This document shows, in pieces, positions 40,882-50,418 of a stretch of 64,000 bases of DNA. The notes beneath the pieces are model-generated. The model had not been told where the DNA came from. It did no database searches and was given only the letters and a program-made list of their open reading frames with translations. A program made the translations under genes and the position numbers. How positions within the stretch are numbered: the stretch's first letter is position 1; each line of letters opens with the position of its first letter. This DNA is from Bacteriovoracaceae bacterium (GTDB lineage: Bacteria; Bdellovibrionota; Bacteriovoracia; Bacteriovoracales; Bacteriovoracaceae): contig JABIHA010000062.1 in the NCBI GenBank assembly GCA_018649885.1, positions 1 to 64,000 on the forward strand, in the 5' to 3' direction.

Positions 40882-42174
40882 ATGAGTTACAAGTTGTTGA
40901 AGCCTCTTTTAATGTTATTTATCCCATTAATTTCTTATGCAAATATAAATGTTCAAAGCTTTCCCTTTTCAGATGCTCACCATCTGTTTTTACTGGAAGA
41001 TGGTCTGCTTGGTAGGAATGGATATTCAAACCCAGGTCAGCTATTTTTTAAATCAAGCTATTCCTTTCTTGATGATCCTCTAATTACTGTTGATGCGCAG
41101 AGATCATCAATTTTAAATAAGGATGTAAAAAGGATTCAGACCCTTCAATTTGGTGGAGGAATTCTCTTTACACGAGTTTTGTATTTTGGAATTGATTCTT
41201 CATATAATTTTGTGGCCTTAAAAAACAAAAGTGATTCATCAATTGGTGACTCCACTGTCTTTATTAAATACCGTGTTTTTAGAAGTGGTGATCATGCTAT
41301 TTCTTTTATTCCCAAAATTGTGTTGCCCACAGGGGATGAGAAAATTTTCACCTCTGATGGACAGTTGGGGGCAGGTTTTTTATTTGCATATGAGCTAGAT
41401 CTAGGAAAATTCGATTTCTTTGCCAATGCAGGGTATTACCAAAACCCAGATGCAACATTTTCAAATATTGACCTCCGAAAAAGGTTGATCTCAGGACTGG
41501 GATTAAGCTTTAACTTCTATCCCAAGTGGAGATTGAATTTTGAATGGAAAGGAGAGTTCGGACTTCCTTTTGAAAAAGACCAAAATCCAGTGGAAGCCTT
41601 GCTGGGGGCAAGACACCAAAGTACAAAGAATATTTCAAGCTATCTTGCTTTTGGAGTGGGGGGGATTGATTTTGCTGGAGAGACAAACACTCATAGCAAT
41701 GACTTTCGCTTTCTTGCGGGAATAAAAATAATCACAGGAGCCAAGGTTGAGGAAAAACCAGGTCAAACTAAAATAGTTACGATCTACACACCAATAGAAA
41801 TACAAAGAGAGATTAGAATATTTCTTCTATCAATTGAAGAGATGGTCAATTTCAAGAAAAATAGCTCTACTATTACCGAGGAAAGTAAAGGCGTCTTAAA
41901 AAAGCTTGCTAAAAGATTTAGCGACTATCTTCAGTATATTGAAAAAATAACCATTGAAGGACATACAGATATGTCAGGACCTCGTGAATTCAATCGAGAG
42001 TTGTCGCTTGAAAGAGCTACATCTGTTAAAGATTATTTTGTATCAGAATATAGTATTAAAGACGAGATATTCGAAGTAATTGGCTACGGAGAAGATCGTC
42101 CGATATTACAAGAATACACCAGTAAAGAAAAAGCAAAGAACCGAAGAGTTCAATTCAATGTGAAATATCGATAA
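40882..42174 (+). CDS. OmpA-family outer membrane protein (beta-barrel plus peptidoglycan-binding domain)
   Basis: Signal peptide from MSYKLL; IEGHTD, LSLERA, GYGEDRP, NRRVQF. Confidence 0.88.
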   Translation: MSYKLLKPLLMLFIPLISYANINVQSFPFSDAHHLFLLEDGLLGRNGYSNPGQLFFKSSYSFLDDPLITVDAQRSSILNKDVKRIQTLQFGGGILFTRVLYFGIDSSYNFVALKNKSDSSIGDSTVFIKYRVFRSGDHAISFIPKIVLPTGDEKIFTSDGQLGAGFLFAYELDLGKFDFFANAGYYQNPDATFSNIDLRKRLISGLGLSFNFYPKWRLNFEWKGEFGLPFEKDQNPVEALLGARHQSTKNISSYLAFGVGGIDFAGETNTHSNDFRFLAGIKIITGAKVEEKPGQTKIVTIYTPIEIQREIRIFLLSIEEMVNFKKNSSTITEESKGVLKKLAKRFSDYLQYIEKITIEGHTDMSGPREFNRELSLERATSVKDYFVSEYSIKDEIFEVIGYGEDRPILQEYTSKEKAKNRRVQFNVKYR

Positions 42175-42176
42175 AT

Positions 42177-43298
42177 TTAGGGGACATCAGTCGAAAAATT
42201 TCCGTTGGTAGCAGCCGATGGTGTTCCATCATTTGATCCAATACTATCGCTTACACTATCTTTGTCGTCAGGGCTTTCAAAACGATACCATGAAACGATT
42301 GATCCATTCTTTGAATGAATCTGGAGATCAGTTGGAACTCCGGTTCCATAGATCTCTTCAATAGCAGTTTTATTGAGTGTAGTTTTCCAAATGCTAACCT
42401 CGTCTAGGTTCCCCTTTATAAAACGGTCAGTGCCAGAATACGTCCCTATAAAGGCGCTGAAGGCACCAATGCCAATAAATGAATCAACTCTATTCACAGC
42501 AAGTACTCCATCATAATATAGCTTGAAACGAGTTTGGTTGTAGGCAAGTGCAATATGATGCCAATTACCATCATAGTAATTAGTTGTATGAGAGTATGTT
42601 TGGTAAGCGTCGAGTTCGTCTCTGTAGCCAATGGCCACACCTGTATTTTTGAAATGTATATTAACAGCTGTGCCAGCAGTTAGTGGGTTTTTATGAAAGT
42701 TGATAATTCTTTTATCGTTTTGCTGTTGGGTTGTTTTAAACCAAAAAGAGAGAGTGAATTTGTTATTGGGAATTAGATTTCTGCCATTTCCGAGACCGAT
42801 GTGTTCTGTTCCGGTGAATTCAAAGGATTGTGAATTTGAAAATACTGGAGTCGCTGAAGTCGTGGCCTGAACTTTTATATTGTTACACTCATGCTTGCCT
42901 TCGCTATCCATTATGCGAACAACATATTCATAAGTAGTAGCGGGTGTTAGGGATTTGATTAAGATATTTTTCCTACTACCACCTACAGACCTAACAAATT
43001 CTAAGTCTGTAGTACTTATTGCCTTAAAGATATTGAATTGAGCTACATCAGATGTTTGGTTCCAATTGAGTCGTATGGAGTTCGTCTCAATTTGATCAAT
43101 ACTTTGAAGACCTCTAAATTCCACCTCAGTCGTATTTCCATCTGGGCAGGCGTGATTTCCGCCGACTTCAGAATTTCCATTTTCAGAAATTGGATTTTGA
43201 GTAGACCCAGAATCTTCCTCTTGATTATTTCTGCCACAAGAAAGAGAAAATATGAGAACAAATAGTAGAAAGAAAAATTTTGAAAACCTAGTATGCAT
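42177..43298 (-). CDS. Lipoprotein with fibronectin III and LamG/concanavalin-like domains
   Basis: Lipobox SLSC; LTPATTYEYVV (FN3); FTLSFWFK, DGNWHHIAL, LYYDG, GNLDEVSIW (LamG). Confidence 0.85.
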   Translation of the reverse strand: MHTRFSKFFFLLFVLIFSLSCGRNNQEEDSGSTQNPISENGNSEVGGNHACPDGNTTEVEFRGLQSIDQIETNSIRLNWNQTSDVAQFNIFKAISTTDLEFVRSVGGSRKNILIKSLTPATTYEYVVRIMDSEGKHECNNIKVQATTSATPVFSNSQSFEFTGTEHIGLGNGRNLIPNNKFTLSFWFKTTQQQNDKRIINFHKNPLTAGTAVNIHFKNTGVAIGYRDELDAYQTYSHTTNYYDGNWHHIALAYNQTRFKLYYDGVLAVNRVDSFIGIGAFSAFIGTYSGTDRFIKGNLDEVSIWKTTLNKTAIEEIYGTGVPTDLQIHSKNGSIVSWYRFESPDDKDSVSDSIGSNDGTPSAATNGNFSTDVP

Positions 43299-43540
43299 TA
43301 AAATTCCTTTTTTAATGCCAGAAGCACAGCTTTATTTTAGCAAAGTCAGCCGTAAAAAAATACTAACAACACAATTTTTATAGGACTATCTTAGTAGGTG
43401 GTTACTTTTTGGCACCGCGTGAAAGTATTTGTCAGTTAAATTTTATAGGAGAAATGAGTGGTAATGGAGATAATGGTCGGGCCTTTATAGCGCCTATTGA
43501 TGGGCGAGTGGTTAATTTTGCGAGAAAGGAGTTCTCATTT

Positions 43541-45067
43541 ATGGCAAGTTTAAAACACGGTCATGTCAGACCAAAATACCTTACTATTTTTCTTTTATTA
43601 TATCTCATTCTAGCTAGTTGTGGGAAATCGGATAAAAGTGAATCTGATGATTCAAGCAAAGATTCCACGCCTGAGGTTTCTTCTATTATTGTGGGAGAAA
43701 TTAATTGGGTAGAAGTTACAGCTCTCTTAGGCGGAAGTCCAGAAAGGGTGAATTCATTCGCTGTGGCCGACTTGGATTTACCTGCAATGGGTTCTAGATG
43801 TACGGGTTTCTTAATCGGCCCAGATGTCCTTATGACCAATAGGCACTGTATACCCTCGAGTTATTACAGTACAGGCGTTACTGCTGCTTTCAAGCATGAG
43901 AAGGGAGTGCCTGAGTCGGGCTGGAGTAAATTCGATTGCTCTGAATTTATTGGCAATGATAGTGCTTTGGATTTTGCGCTTTTAAGGTGTGCAGGTAATC
44001 CCGGAGCCGAGTTTGGGTTTGTAGAGCTTAGCTCTCAAGTTGCGAGTGCAGGTGATGATGTTTACGTTATTCATCAAAACTGTGATTACTATTCAGACCG
44101 TGACTGTGATTGGAGCAAGAAGTACTCAGTTGGAAGTGTTGTGGAAGTTGCTGATGAAGTAACACACAATGCAGACACATTAGGGGGATCATCAGGTAGT
44201 CCACTTTTTTCAGCAAGCTTGAATAAGGTTATAGCTATTCATCATGCAGGTTATGGCAATAATGGACTTGGGCGTGGAGTTGAGAATTACGCTGTCCCCA
44301 TGTCAGAAATCGTTCCCTTCATTGAAGAAAATTTTCCTGGAATCCTAAATTCAGAAGGAGATGATGATGATCCTGTGGAAGATCCAGTAGAGGACCAAGA
44401 CATAGGTGATAATTTTAGTAGTGGTTTGCAAGTAGGTGGGGCAGCCTATCAAAAATCGAGCTCTTTAGAGGAGGCGGGAGATAAAGATGTATTCAAGTTT
44501 ACTGTAAATAGTGAAGCGGCAGTGAAGGGATCAATAGCTTTTTCTCACGCTGCTGGAGATTTGGATTTAAAATTATTTTCCTCCGATGGTGAGCTATTAA
44601 AATATAGTAATGGTGTAAGTAATAGTGAAGGTGTTGAAGCTACACTACAAGCTGGTAGCTATTATTTTGTGGTATACGGTTATCGTGATGCAGTTGGAGA
44701 TTATCAATTCGATTTCTCACTTACTCAAAGCGGTTTGGTCCCAGTATCATTTGATCCTTCGAGAAATGCCGTTTTATTTTCGAGCTTTCCAAAAAGTTTT
44801 AATGGAAATATTGCCGGTGACGGGCAGCTTGATTATTACAAGTTTGAGCTATCTGGAAGAAAGAAGGTTACTGCTGAGTTATCATTTTCACATAAAAAAG
44901 GAGACCTAGATCTCTATCTCTATGATGAAAGTGGTGAAAGAGTAAAATACAGCATCGGAACTGGTAACTTGGAAAAGGTGTCTCTTTATTTGAATAAAGG
45001 GTCATACTTTCTGGCAGTTAAGGGATATCAGAGTGCAAAGGGTGAGTACTCACTCCAGGTTAAGTGA
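43541..45067 (+). CDS. Trypsin-like serine protease lipoprotein with two PPC domains
   Basis: LASC lipobox; CTGFL, TNRHC, DFALL, GGSSGSP; two GDLDL(K/Y)L PPC repeats. Confidence 0.9.
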   Translation: MASLKHGHVRPKYLTIFLLLYLILASCGKSDKSESDDSSKDSTPEVSSIIVGEINWVEVTALLGGSPERVNSFAVADLDLPAMGSRCTGFLIGPDVLMTNRHCIPSSYYSTGVTAAFKHEKGVPESGWSKFDCSEFIGNDSALDFALLRCAGNPGAEFGFVELSSQVASAGDDVYVIHQNCDYYSDRDCDWSKKYSVGSVVEVADEVTHNADTLGGSSGSPLFSASLNKVIAIHHAGYGNNGLGRGVENYAVPMSEIVPFIEENFPGILNSEGDDDDPVEDPVEDQDIGDNFSSGLQVGGAAYQKSSSLEEAGDKDVFKFTVNSEAAVKGSIAFSHAAGDLDLKLFSSDGELLKYSNGVSNSEGVEATLQAGSYYFVVYGYRDAVGDYQFDFSLTQSGLVPVSFDPSRNAVLFSSFPKSFNGNIAGDGQLDYYKFELSGRKKVTAELSFSHKKGDLDLYLYDESGERVKYSIGTGNLEKVSLYLNKGSYFLAVKGYQSAKGEYSLQVK

Positions 45068-45103
45068 TCATCATGGAGTGACCACTCCGTGGTGGCCATC
45101 ATG

Positions 45104-45130
45104 TCCCCCTCTTTTGTGAGGGGGGTTTTT
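45104..45130 (+). terminator. Intrinsic terminator
   Basis: CCCCCTC-loop-GAGGGGGG followed by a T run. Confidence 0.7.
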
Positions 45131-45178
45131 CATCTTAATTTATGCTAAAATTAAATTGGTTTTAATTTGGAAAATTAG

Positions 45179-46153
45179 ATGGAAAAGAAAAAGACCCTCA
45201 TAATTTTTGGAGTTTCCTCATTCGTAGGATCCAATCTCGCACAAAGCTTGAAAGACAAGTATCGGGTAATCGGTACCTATTTTGAAAATCGCGTTTCTAT
45301 CAAAGGTATGCTAACCGTTCCCTGTGATGTCTTAAATCGAGATGCTGTTCAAATGGTACTTTATACCTTCAAGCCAGATGTAGCGATATATTGTGTTGGA
45401 TTATCCAGCCTTGAAGACTGCCAGGGAAGAGAGAAGTATGCTGATGCCCTAAATACCATGGGTGTTTTCAATGTTTCGCAGTTTTCTGAGCGTTACAAAG
45501 CTAAGTTTATCTATATTTCCTCGGCATATATTTTCTCAGGTGAGAAACCGCTATATTTTGAAAATGATACTCCTGATCCGAACACGATTTTTGGTCGTAC
45601 AAAAGCTTCTGCTGAGTTTTATGTTCAAAAGTCTTGCTTAGACTACATTCTTCTTAGATGTTGTAATTTTTATGGCCGTAGCATTAATGCCAGGCAATTC
45701 ACTTGGTTTGAAAATGTTGAACAAGGTTTATTTAAAAATAAATCCCTAAGAATTGATGATCACATCCGTTTTGGGTTTTTAGATGTTCAATACCTGGGAC
45801 TAATAATTCATCTATGCTTAGAAAGGGATATTACGAACAAGTTATTACATATTAGTTCAAAGGATGTAATGACTTATTATGAGTTTGTTAAGTTATATGC
45901 AAATATCTTTAAATTGAATAATGACCTTATTCAAAAAGGTAAGTGGGAGTTCCCACTAGAACGGGCCATTTCAACAGAAATAGATTTAGATGATGGTCTT
46001 AGCTTTAGACTTGAAGTACAAAATATTGAAGCCTACCTAGATGCAGAATTGCCAACAGTAGAAGACTCACTAGTTGGTACTTTTGATAGGCTTGGAGGAA
46101 AGCTCATCAAGTCTTCCTCGAAAAAGCAAACTACTGGAATTGAATTTATTTAA
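45179..46153 (+). CDS. Extended SDR, RmlD/dTDP-4-dehydrorhamnose reductase-like
   Basis: IFGVSSFVG Rossmann motif, YISSAYIFSG, PNTIFGRTK (catalytic YxxxK appears as FxxxK). Confidence 0.75.
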   Translation: MEKKKTLIIFGVSSFVGSNLAQSLKDKYRVIGTYFENRVSIKGMLTVPCDVLNRDAVQMVLYTFKPDVAIYCVGLSSLEDCQGREKYADALNTMGVFNVSQFSERYKAKFIYISSAYIFSGEKPLYFENDTPDPNTIFGRTKASAEFYVQKSCLDYILLRCCNFYGRSINARQFTWFENVEQGLFKNKSLRIDDHIRFGFLDVQYLGLIIHLCLERDITNKLLHISSKDVMTYYEFVKLYANIFKLNNDLIQKGKWEFPLERAISTEIDLDDGLSFRLEVQNIEAYLDAELPTVEDSLVGTFDRLGGKLIKSSSKKQTTGIEFI

Positions 46154-46158
46154 AATTT

Positions 46159-46692
46159 TTATCTGGCGCTATGTTGGATAAACTCAGTAAGGTAGTGCTT
46201 GACCATTGAATCAACTGCAACTTCTTCACCCTGAAATCTCCATGTAATCTCATTAAAGGCACCAATATGGGCCTTGATTTCATGGGCAATATTTTGTGCA
46301 GGGGTATTCATATTGAGTCTCGCCGAAAATAATCCCCCAGCATTTGATAGAAAACCAACCGAAATGAGATCAACACTTCTTCTTGCAACGACTAGTTTTA
46401 ATGAATTACGATAGAGCATAAAATCATTAATTGTATTTGAGATTTTGAAAATTTTGATTGTGCCGGTATTGTCAGCCCCAGTTCTGCATTCATTAAATCT
46501 TGAAACAAAAATCTCAAATCTATCTCGGAGGGAATTCATAAATTTAAGGGATGATTCCTCAAGCATGGCATTGGGGTCTAAGTGGTTATTAAATTGGACT
46601 ACACCACTTTCCTCCATATTAAGTTCTTCAAGAGCTAAGCTCTCGATCCAGGCTGTAGAAACGGGGGAGTGATTTTCAAAAGATTTTTCCAT
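46159..46692 (-). CDS. Hypothetical protein
   Basis: 177-aa ORF with a TTGACT-N17-CATGAT promoter immediately upstream. Confidence 0.75.
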   Translation of the reverse strand: MEKSFENHSPVSTAWIESLALEELNMEESGVVQFNNHLDPNAMLEESSLKFMNSLRDRFEIFVSRFNECRTGADNTGTIKIFKISNTINDFMLYRNSLKLVVARRSVDLISVGFLSNAGGLFSARLNMNTPAQNIAHEIKAHIGAFNEITWRFQGEEVAVDSMVKHYLTEFIQHSAR

Positions 46693-46753
46693 ACACCTAT
46701 CATGTAGAATTCAGCCATATTAGTCAATATTCGGGACCAATTAAGAGAAAAAG

Positions 46754-46955
46754 GAGCCTAGGTACTACAGCGGTGGTCTAAAAATCGAGTTTCGCGCCCA
46801 TGTTTAAAACATGTGGGCACGATTAGTAATCACTTCAGGCTTCCCACTATTATCTACTCAATTTAGAGTAGGCAGGCATGCACACCATGATCAGGGACCG
46901 CTCCCTAAATAAATTTTGTAGGGCGAAACTGGTTATGCCACCAGCACCTAGGCCC
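46754..46955 (-). ncRNA. ssrS: Probable 6S RNA
   Basis: About 200 nt. The 5' end GGGCCUAGGUGCU pairs with the 3' end AGUACCUAGGCUC, with nested GGUGG/CCACC and AGUUUCGC/GCGAAACU. TATAAT lies just upstream and a U tract follows. GUGUGCAUGCC..GGGAAGCCUGAAG..CCCAC resembles deltaproteobacterial 6S as I recall it. Confidence 0.7.
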
Positions 46956-47052
46956 GTGCATACATTATACCTCCATATATATATGTCAAACAACCACGGT
47001 ATAAAACGTTTATTACTCAATAATTTTGATTGTTTAGAGGGAAATTAGGGTG

Positions 47053-47081
47053 TTGTGTCGGTTTTTGACGCATGGTATAAT
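47053..47081 (+). promoter_or_regulatory. sigma70-like promoter upstream of flp
   Basis: TTGTGT-N17-TATAAT with a TG extended -10. Confidence 0.55.
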
Positions 47082-47118
47082 TGAGTGGAGGAGTCTATTT
47101 TTAAGGTCACGTGAAAAT

Positions 47119-47145
47119 TAAAGTAATTTTCAGAGTAACCGAACA
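47119..47145 (+). promoter_or_regulatory. sigma28-like promoter upstream of flp
   Basis: TAAA-N15-ACCGAACA. Confidence 0.55.
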
Positions 47146-47180
47146 GAAAGCTCCTTGGATGCACACCCTAAGGGAGGAAC

Positions 47181-47369
47181 ATGAAGAGAAAAGTAATTGA
47201 ATTCTTAAAGGATGAGGGAGGACAAACCTCCACAGAGTATATTCTACTCTTGGCCGTAGTGGCCCTTATCGTTTACAACTTTAAGAAGAAAGCTACTTCT
47301 CAGCTAGACAGTTTAACAGATGGGGTTTTTGGAAAAGCAGACCAAATTCTTCAGGACTTAAGCAACTAG
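47181..47369 (+). CDS. flp: Flp (Tad/type IVc) major pilin
   Basis: FLKDEGGQTSTEYILLL, with the Flp G|xxxxEY motif; strong GGAGG RBS. Confidence 0.92.
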   Translation: MKRKVIEFLKDEGGQTSTEYILLLAVVALIVYNFKKKATSQLDSLTDGVFGKADQILQDLSN

Positions 47370-47481
47370 CAGTTAGAAGATAGTTTTAGGCAGACATTTT
47401 ACCAGATAAAATACCTCAGGTATTGCCAGGCAAGATATTCCCTTACCTGTCCTTATATATAGTCCCCTTTAAAATAACACT

Positions 47482-47700
47482 ATGAGACGTTTAAAAAACA
47501 AAGGTCAAGCAACTATTGAGTATTTATTTTTACTCATAATCCTAGTTTCAATAACTGGAAAGGTAGTTGGTAATTTTGGTGATTTTCTTGGGGGTTCCAT
47601 TGGGAACTTTGCTCATGTTCTTTCTTCACACCTAGCGGTGGGTGTCTGCAATAAAAGTTGTTTTTTCAATGGCTATGTAAATGGTGCTAATAGCGAATGA
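47482..47700 (+). CDS. Flp/TadE-like minor pilin
   Basis: KGQATIEY class III signal plus hydrophobic helix. Confidence 0.8.
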   Translation: MRRLKNKGQATIEYLFLLIILVSITGKVVGNFGDFLGGSIGNFAHVLSSHLAVGVCNKSCFFNGYVNGANSE

Positions 47701-48203
47701 AACTCATGAACCCATTTGTATATTCACTGGTATTTATAGAGCTTCTTTTAGTTAGCTACGGTGATTTTAAATGGAAAAAAATATCTAACTATTGGAGTCT
47801 TTTAAATATAACACTCTTTATTTGTCTGCTCTTTATTTTACCTGCCACCTATTCTATTAATTTAAAAACGTTTATCTATCCGTTAGGGTTTCTGGGAGTT
47901 GGCTTTACTCTCTTTATTCTCAATATTATGGGGGGAGGGGATTCAAAATTTTTATCAACTTTCTATCTTCTTATTCCTTTAAGCATTCAAGATAGTGCTA
48001 CAGAGTTTCTTCTTTATTCAACTGCGAGTATTGGAGGTATGCTTATGATCAAAAATTTTATAAAAAATCATAAATCAATTCTTCTTTATATAAAGCTACA
48101 AGATTACAAATCACTAAAAAATTACTTTGGATCAAAATTTTCCTTTGCTCCGGTAATACTCATTGCTTGGGTTATTGTTGGTTGGAGTATGTATGTTAAG
48201 TAA
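47697..48203 (+). CDS. cpaA: Prepilin peptidase A24 (CpaA/TadV)
   Basis: SYGD...KISN and MGGGDSK aspartate motifs; multiple TMs. Confidence 0.88.
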   Translation: MKLMNPFVYSLVFIELLLVSYGDFKWKKISNYWSLLNITLFICLLFILPATYSINLKTFIYPLGFLGVGFTLFILNIMGGGDSKFLSTFYLLIPLSIQDSATEFLLYSTASIGGMLMIKNFIKNHKSILLYIKLQDYKSLKNYFGSKFSFAPVILIAWVIVGWSMYVK

Positions 48204-48477
48204 CCAAAAGGGACAGTCAACCATTGAGTATTTAATGCTACTTTCTGTGATTTTTGTAATGGTTTTAGGTGTTTTGAGGTCAGAGCTCTTTGTTGATCTT
48301 ATGGGCCAAGATGGAATGCTAGCAGATTATTATCAAAAAAGATTTGAAGGTTCTTATAGATTTGCAGGTCCTTTCTATGAGTCTACAGGTGTAGGTTATA
48401 ATGGAACAAATCATCCGACTTACCAAAATGAAGGAAAAACGAACTTTTTTGTAGGGACAGATCCATATGATAACTAA
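48193..48477 (+). CDS. TadE-like minor pilin
   Basis: KGQSTIEY class III signal; GGAG RBS before ATG 48193. Confidence 0.8.
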   Translation: MLSNQKGQSTIEYLMLLSVIFVMVLGVLRSELFVDLMGQDGMLADYYQKRFEGSYRFAGPFYESTGVGYNGTNHPTYQNEGKTNFFVGTDPYDN

Positions 48478-48991
48478 AAACAATCGACAGTCCGGTCAAT
48501 CCTTAATCGAATTTTTGATGATTTTCTCTCTTTCATTTGGTTTTATATTTCTCTACATTCAGCTTGCTACAAATGCTGGAACTGGATATCTAGTACACTA
48601 TGCAACTTTTATGGCCTCTAGGACTTTTTTAAGTCAGGATAATGGCTCAAATACGAATCAAAGTGCTGAGTCGTATGCAGAAAGAGAAGCAAAAGCTGTA
48701 ATAGATAAGTTTCAATTGAGTGCATTTGGCATAAGTAGCCCATCGAATAAAATAAAAATTAATACAACTTCAGACGTCTCAATATTTGAGTATGTCGGGG
48801 CGTATTTTACCTATGAAACGCGTTTATCCATTTTTTCAACGGTTGGTGGATCAAGCAGTGCTGAATTAATTTCGGAATCCTTTTTAGGAAAAGAGCCCAC
48901 AAGAGCTGAATGTCTTGAAAGAGTGTGTAGCTCCTTTAAATCACTATATGAATGCGACAGTTTTGCGACGGCCTTTGATAATGGATGTTAA
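48467..48991 (+). CDS. TadE-like pseudopilin
   Basis: SGQSLIEF; YATFMASR. Confidence 0.82.
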   Translation: MITKNNRQSGQSLIEFLMIFSLSFGFIFLYIQLATNAGTGYLVHYATFMASRTFLSQDNGSNTNQSAESYAEREAKAVIDKFQLSAFGISSPSNKIKINTTSDVSIFEYVGAYFTYETRLSIFSTVGGSSSAELISESFLGKEPTRAECLERVCSSFKSLYECDSFATAFDNGC

Positions 48992-49475
48992 GAGAAAGCC
49001 AAAATTTCTAAATGAAAGAGGTCAGGCGGTCTTTGAATTTATATTCTTTCTGCCATTTTTCATTCATCTATTTGTGGCACTTTTGAGTATTACCGAATCA
49101 ATTAACGGATCTATTAATCAGCAAAAGGCCGTTCGAGGTTATTATTTTGCTAGAATCAAAGGCAGTTCCACTATCCCTAGGCCACATATCCTGGCAGAGC
49201 TTAATAGTGTTACAAGGATAGGGATGTCATATATTGGATGGAACATTAAAAACGTTGGAGATAGCCCCTATGCGCCTTGTTATGGTGTTCCTAGCTTCGG
49301 TAATCAGCTAGACAATGAAGGTTGCGATGACAAGTACAATGTAACCGAGGAAACAACTCAGTTTATAAGAGTTAAAACAGCTTTCGGGGTTTGCGGAAAA
49401 ACATATGATAATAGAAGCAATGGGTTTTCACCTAGTTCATTAACGGGTGACTACTCAAGTTGTAATTCAATATAG
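48981..49475 (+). CDS. TadE/TadF-like pseudopilin
   Basis: RGQAVFEF plus hydrophobic helix; four Cys. Confidence 0.8.
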   Translation: MDVKRKPKFLNERGQAVFEFIFFLPFFIHLFVALLSITESINGSINQQKAVRGYYFARIKGSSTIPRPHILAELNSVTRIGMSYIGWNIKNVGDSPYAPCYGVPSFGNQLDNEGCDDKYNVTEETTQFIRVKTAFGVCGKTYDNRSNGFSPSSLTGDYSSCNSI

Positions 49476-49608
49476 TGGTACAATAGAAAAATACTTCCCT
49501 CGGATAATAAAAATAATTTGAACAATTTTACCTCTAAGCAACATAGGTAAAAAATTCCTGGTAAAATCATAAGGGGTTAATCTCACATTTTGCGAGGGTT
49601 GGATTTAT

Positions 49609-50418
49609 ATGAATACAAGAGCTTTTACTCTTAGTCTTGTGATTGCAGGCATTGCGATGGCAATGGTCTATTCCTACATAACTTCTAAAGAAGCAGAGTA
49701 TAAATTAAAATACGGTGATAAAAGTGTCGTTGTGATTGCTAAGCAAGATATAAAAGAATTAGAACTAATAGATGATTCAAAAGTGACTATAACAGAAGTC
49801 CCTCAAAAATTTGTAGCACCTCAAGCACTTACAGATATTAAAGAAATTGAAAATACAATCGCTACCGTCCCTATTTTACAAGGCGAGCAAATTACTAAAC
49901 CTAGAGTCACTTACCCCGGTGTTAAATCAGGGTTATCAAGACAAGTCTCCCTTGGGAAAAGGGCCGTGGGCGTAAATGTCTCAGCAAGCCAGGCCGTAAG
50001 TAAGCTTATTAAGCCTGGGGATAGAGTAGACGTAATGGCACTTCTAAAATATGCCGGTGGTAGAAAAGATAAAATGAAAGTAAAGACAATCTTGCAGGAT
50101 GTACTCGTTCTATCAACTGGAATTTCCATGTCAAATTCGATTCCACTAATGGGAGTAAAGACACCAAAAGAAATTAAAGCGATGAAGCTTAACACATATA
50201 CCAACTTCAATACTGTTTCACTGGAAGTAGATCCCTATCAAGCTCAAAAATTGATGTTTCTAGTAACTGTAGGTGGAGCTCCGATTTTTTTAACTCTTAG
50301 AAATAATGATGACAAAGATATTGTCAGGATAAAGAGTACATCTCTATTTGATGTACTAGATGAAGATGCAGCAGATGCAAAAAGCTACTTTAACTCACAA
50401 AATGGAGGGAGAAAGTAA
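49609..50418 (+). CDS. cpaB: Flp pilus assembly protein CpaB/RcpC
   Basis: SAF domain (VVIAKQDI), GKRAV, LIKPGDRVDV, ILQDVLVL, LTLRN. Confidence 0.93.
   Translation: MNTRAFTLSLVIAGIAMAMVYSYITSKEAEYKLKYGDKSVVVIAKQDIKELELIDDSKVTITEVPQKFVAPQALTDIKEIENTIATVPILQGEQITKPRVTYPGVKSGLSRQVSLGKRAVGVNVSASQAVSKLIKPGDRVDVMALLKYAGGRKDKMKVKTILQDVLVLSTGISMSNSIPLMGVKTPKEIKAMKLNTYTNFNTVSLEVDPYQAQKLMFLVTVGGAPIFLTLRNNDDKDIVRIKSTSLFDVLDEDAADAKSYFNSQNGGRK

Noticed and set aside
43409..43425. sigma54 promoter at TTGGCAC upstream of the PPC protease
   Set aside because: No GC at the -12 position.
46754..46955. SRP RNA, tmRNA, RNase P RNA or c-di-GMP riboswitch as the identity of the ncRNA
   Set aside because: It lacks the SRP CAGG..GGAA..AGCAG loop, tRNA-like CCA end, GAGGAAAGUCC and GEMM motifs.
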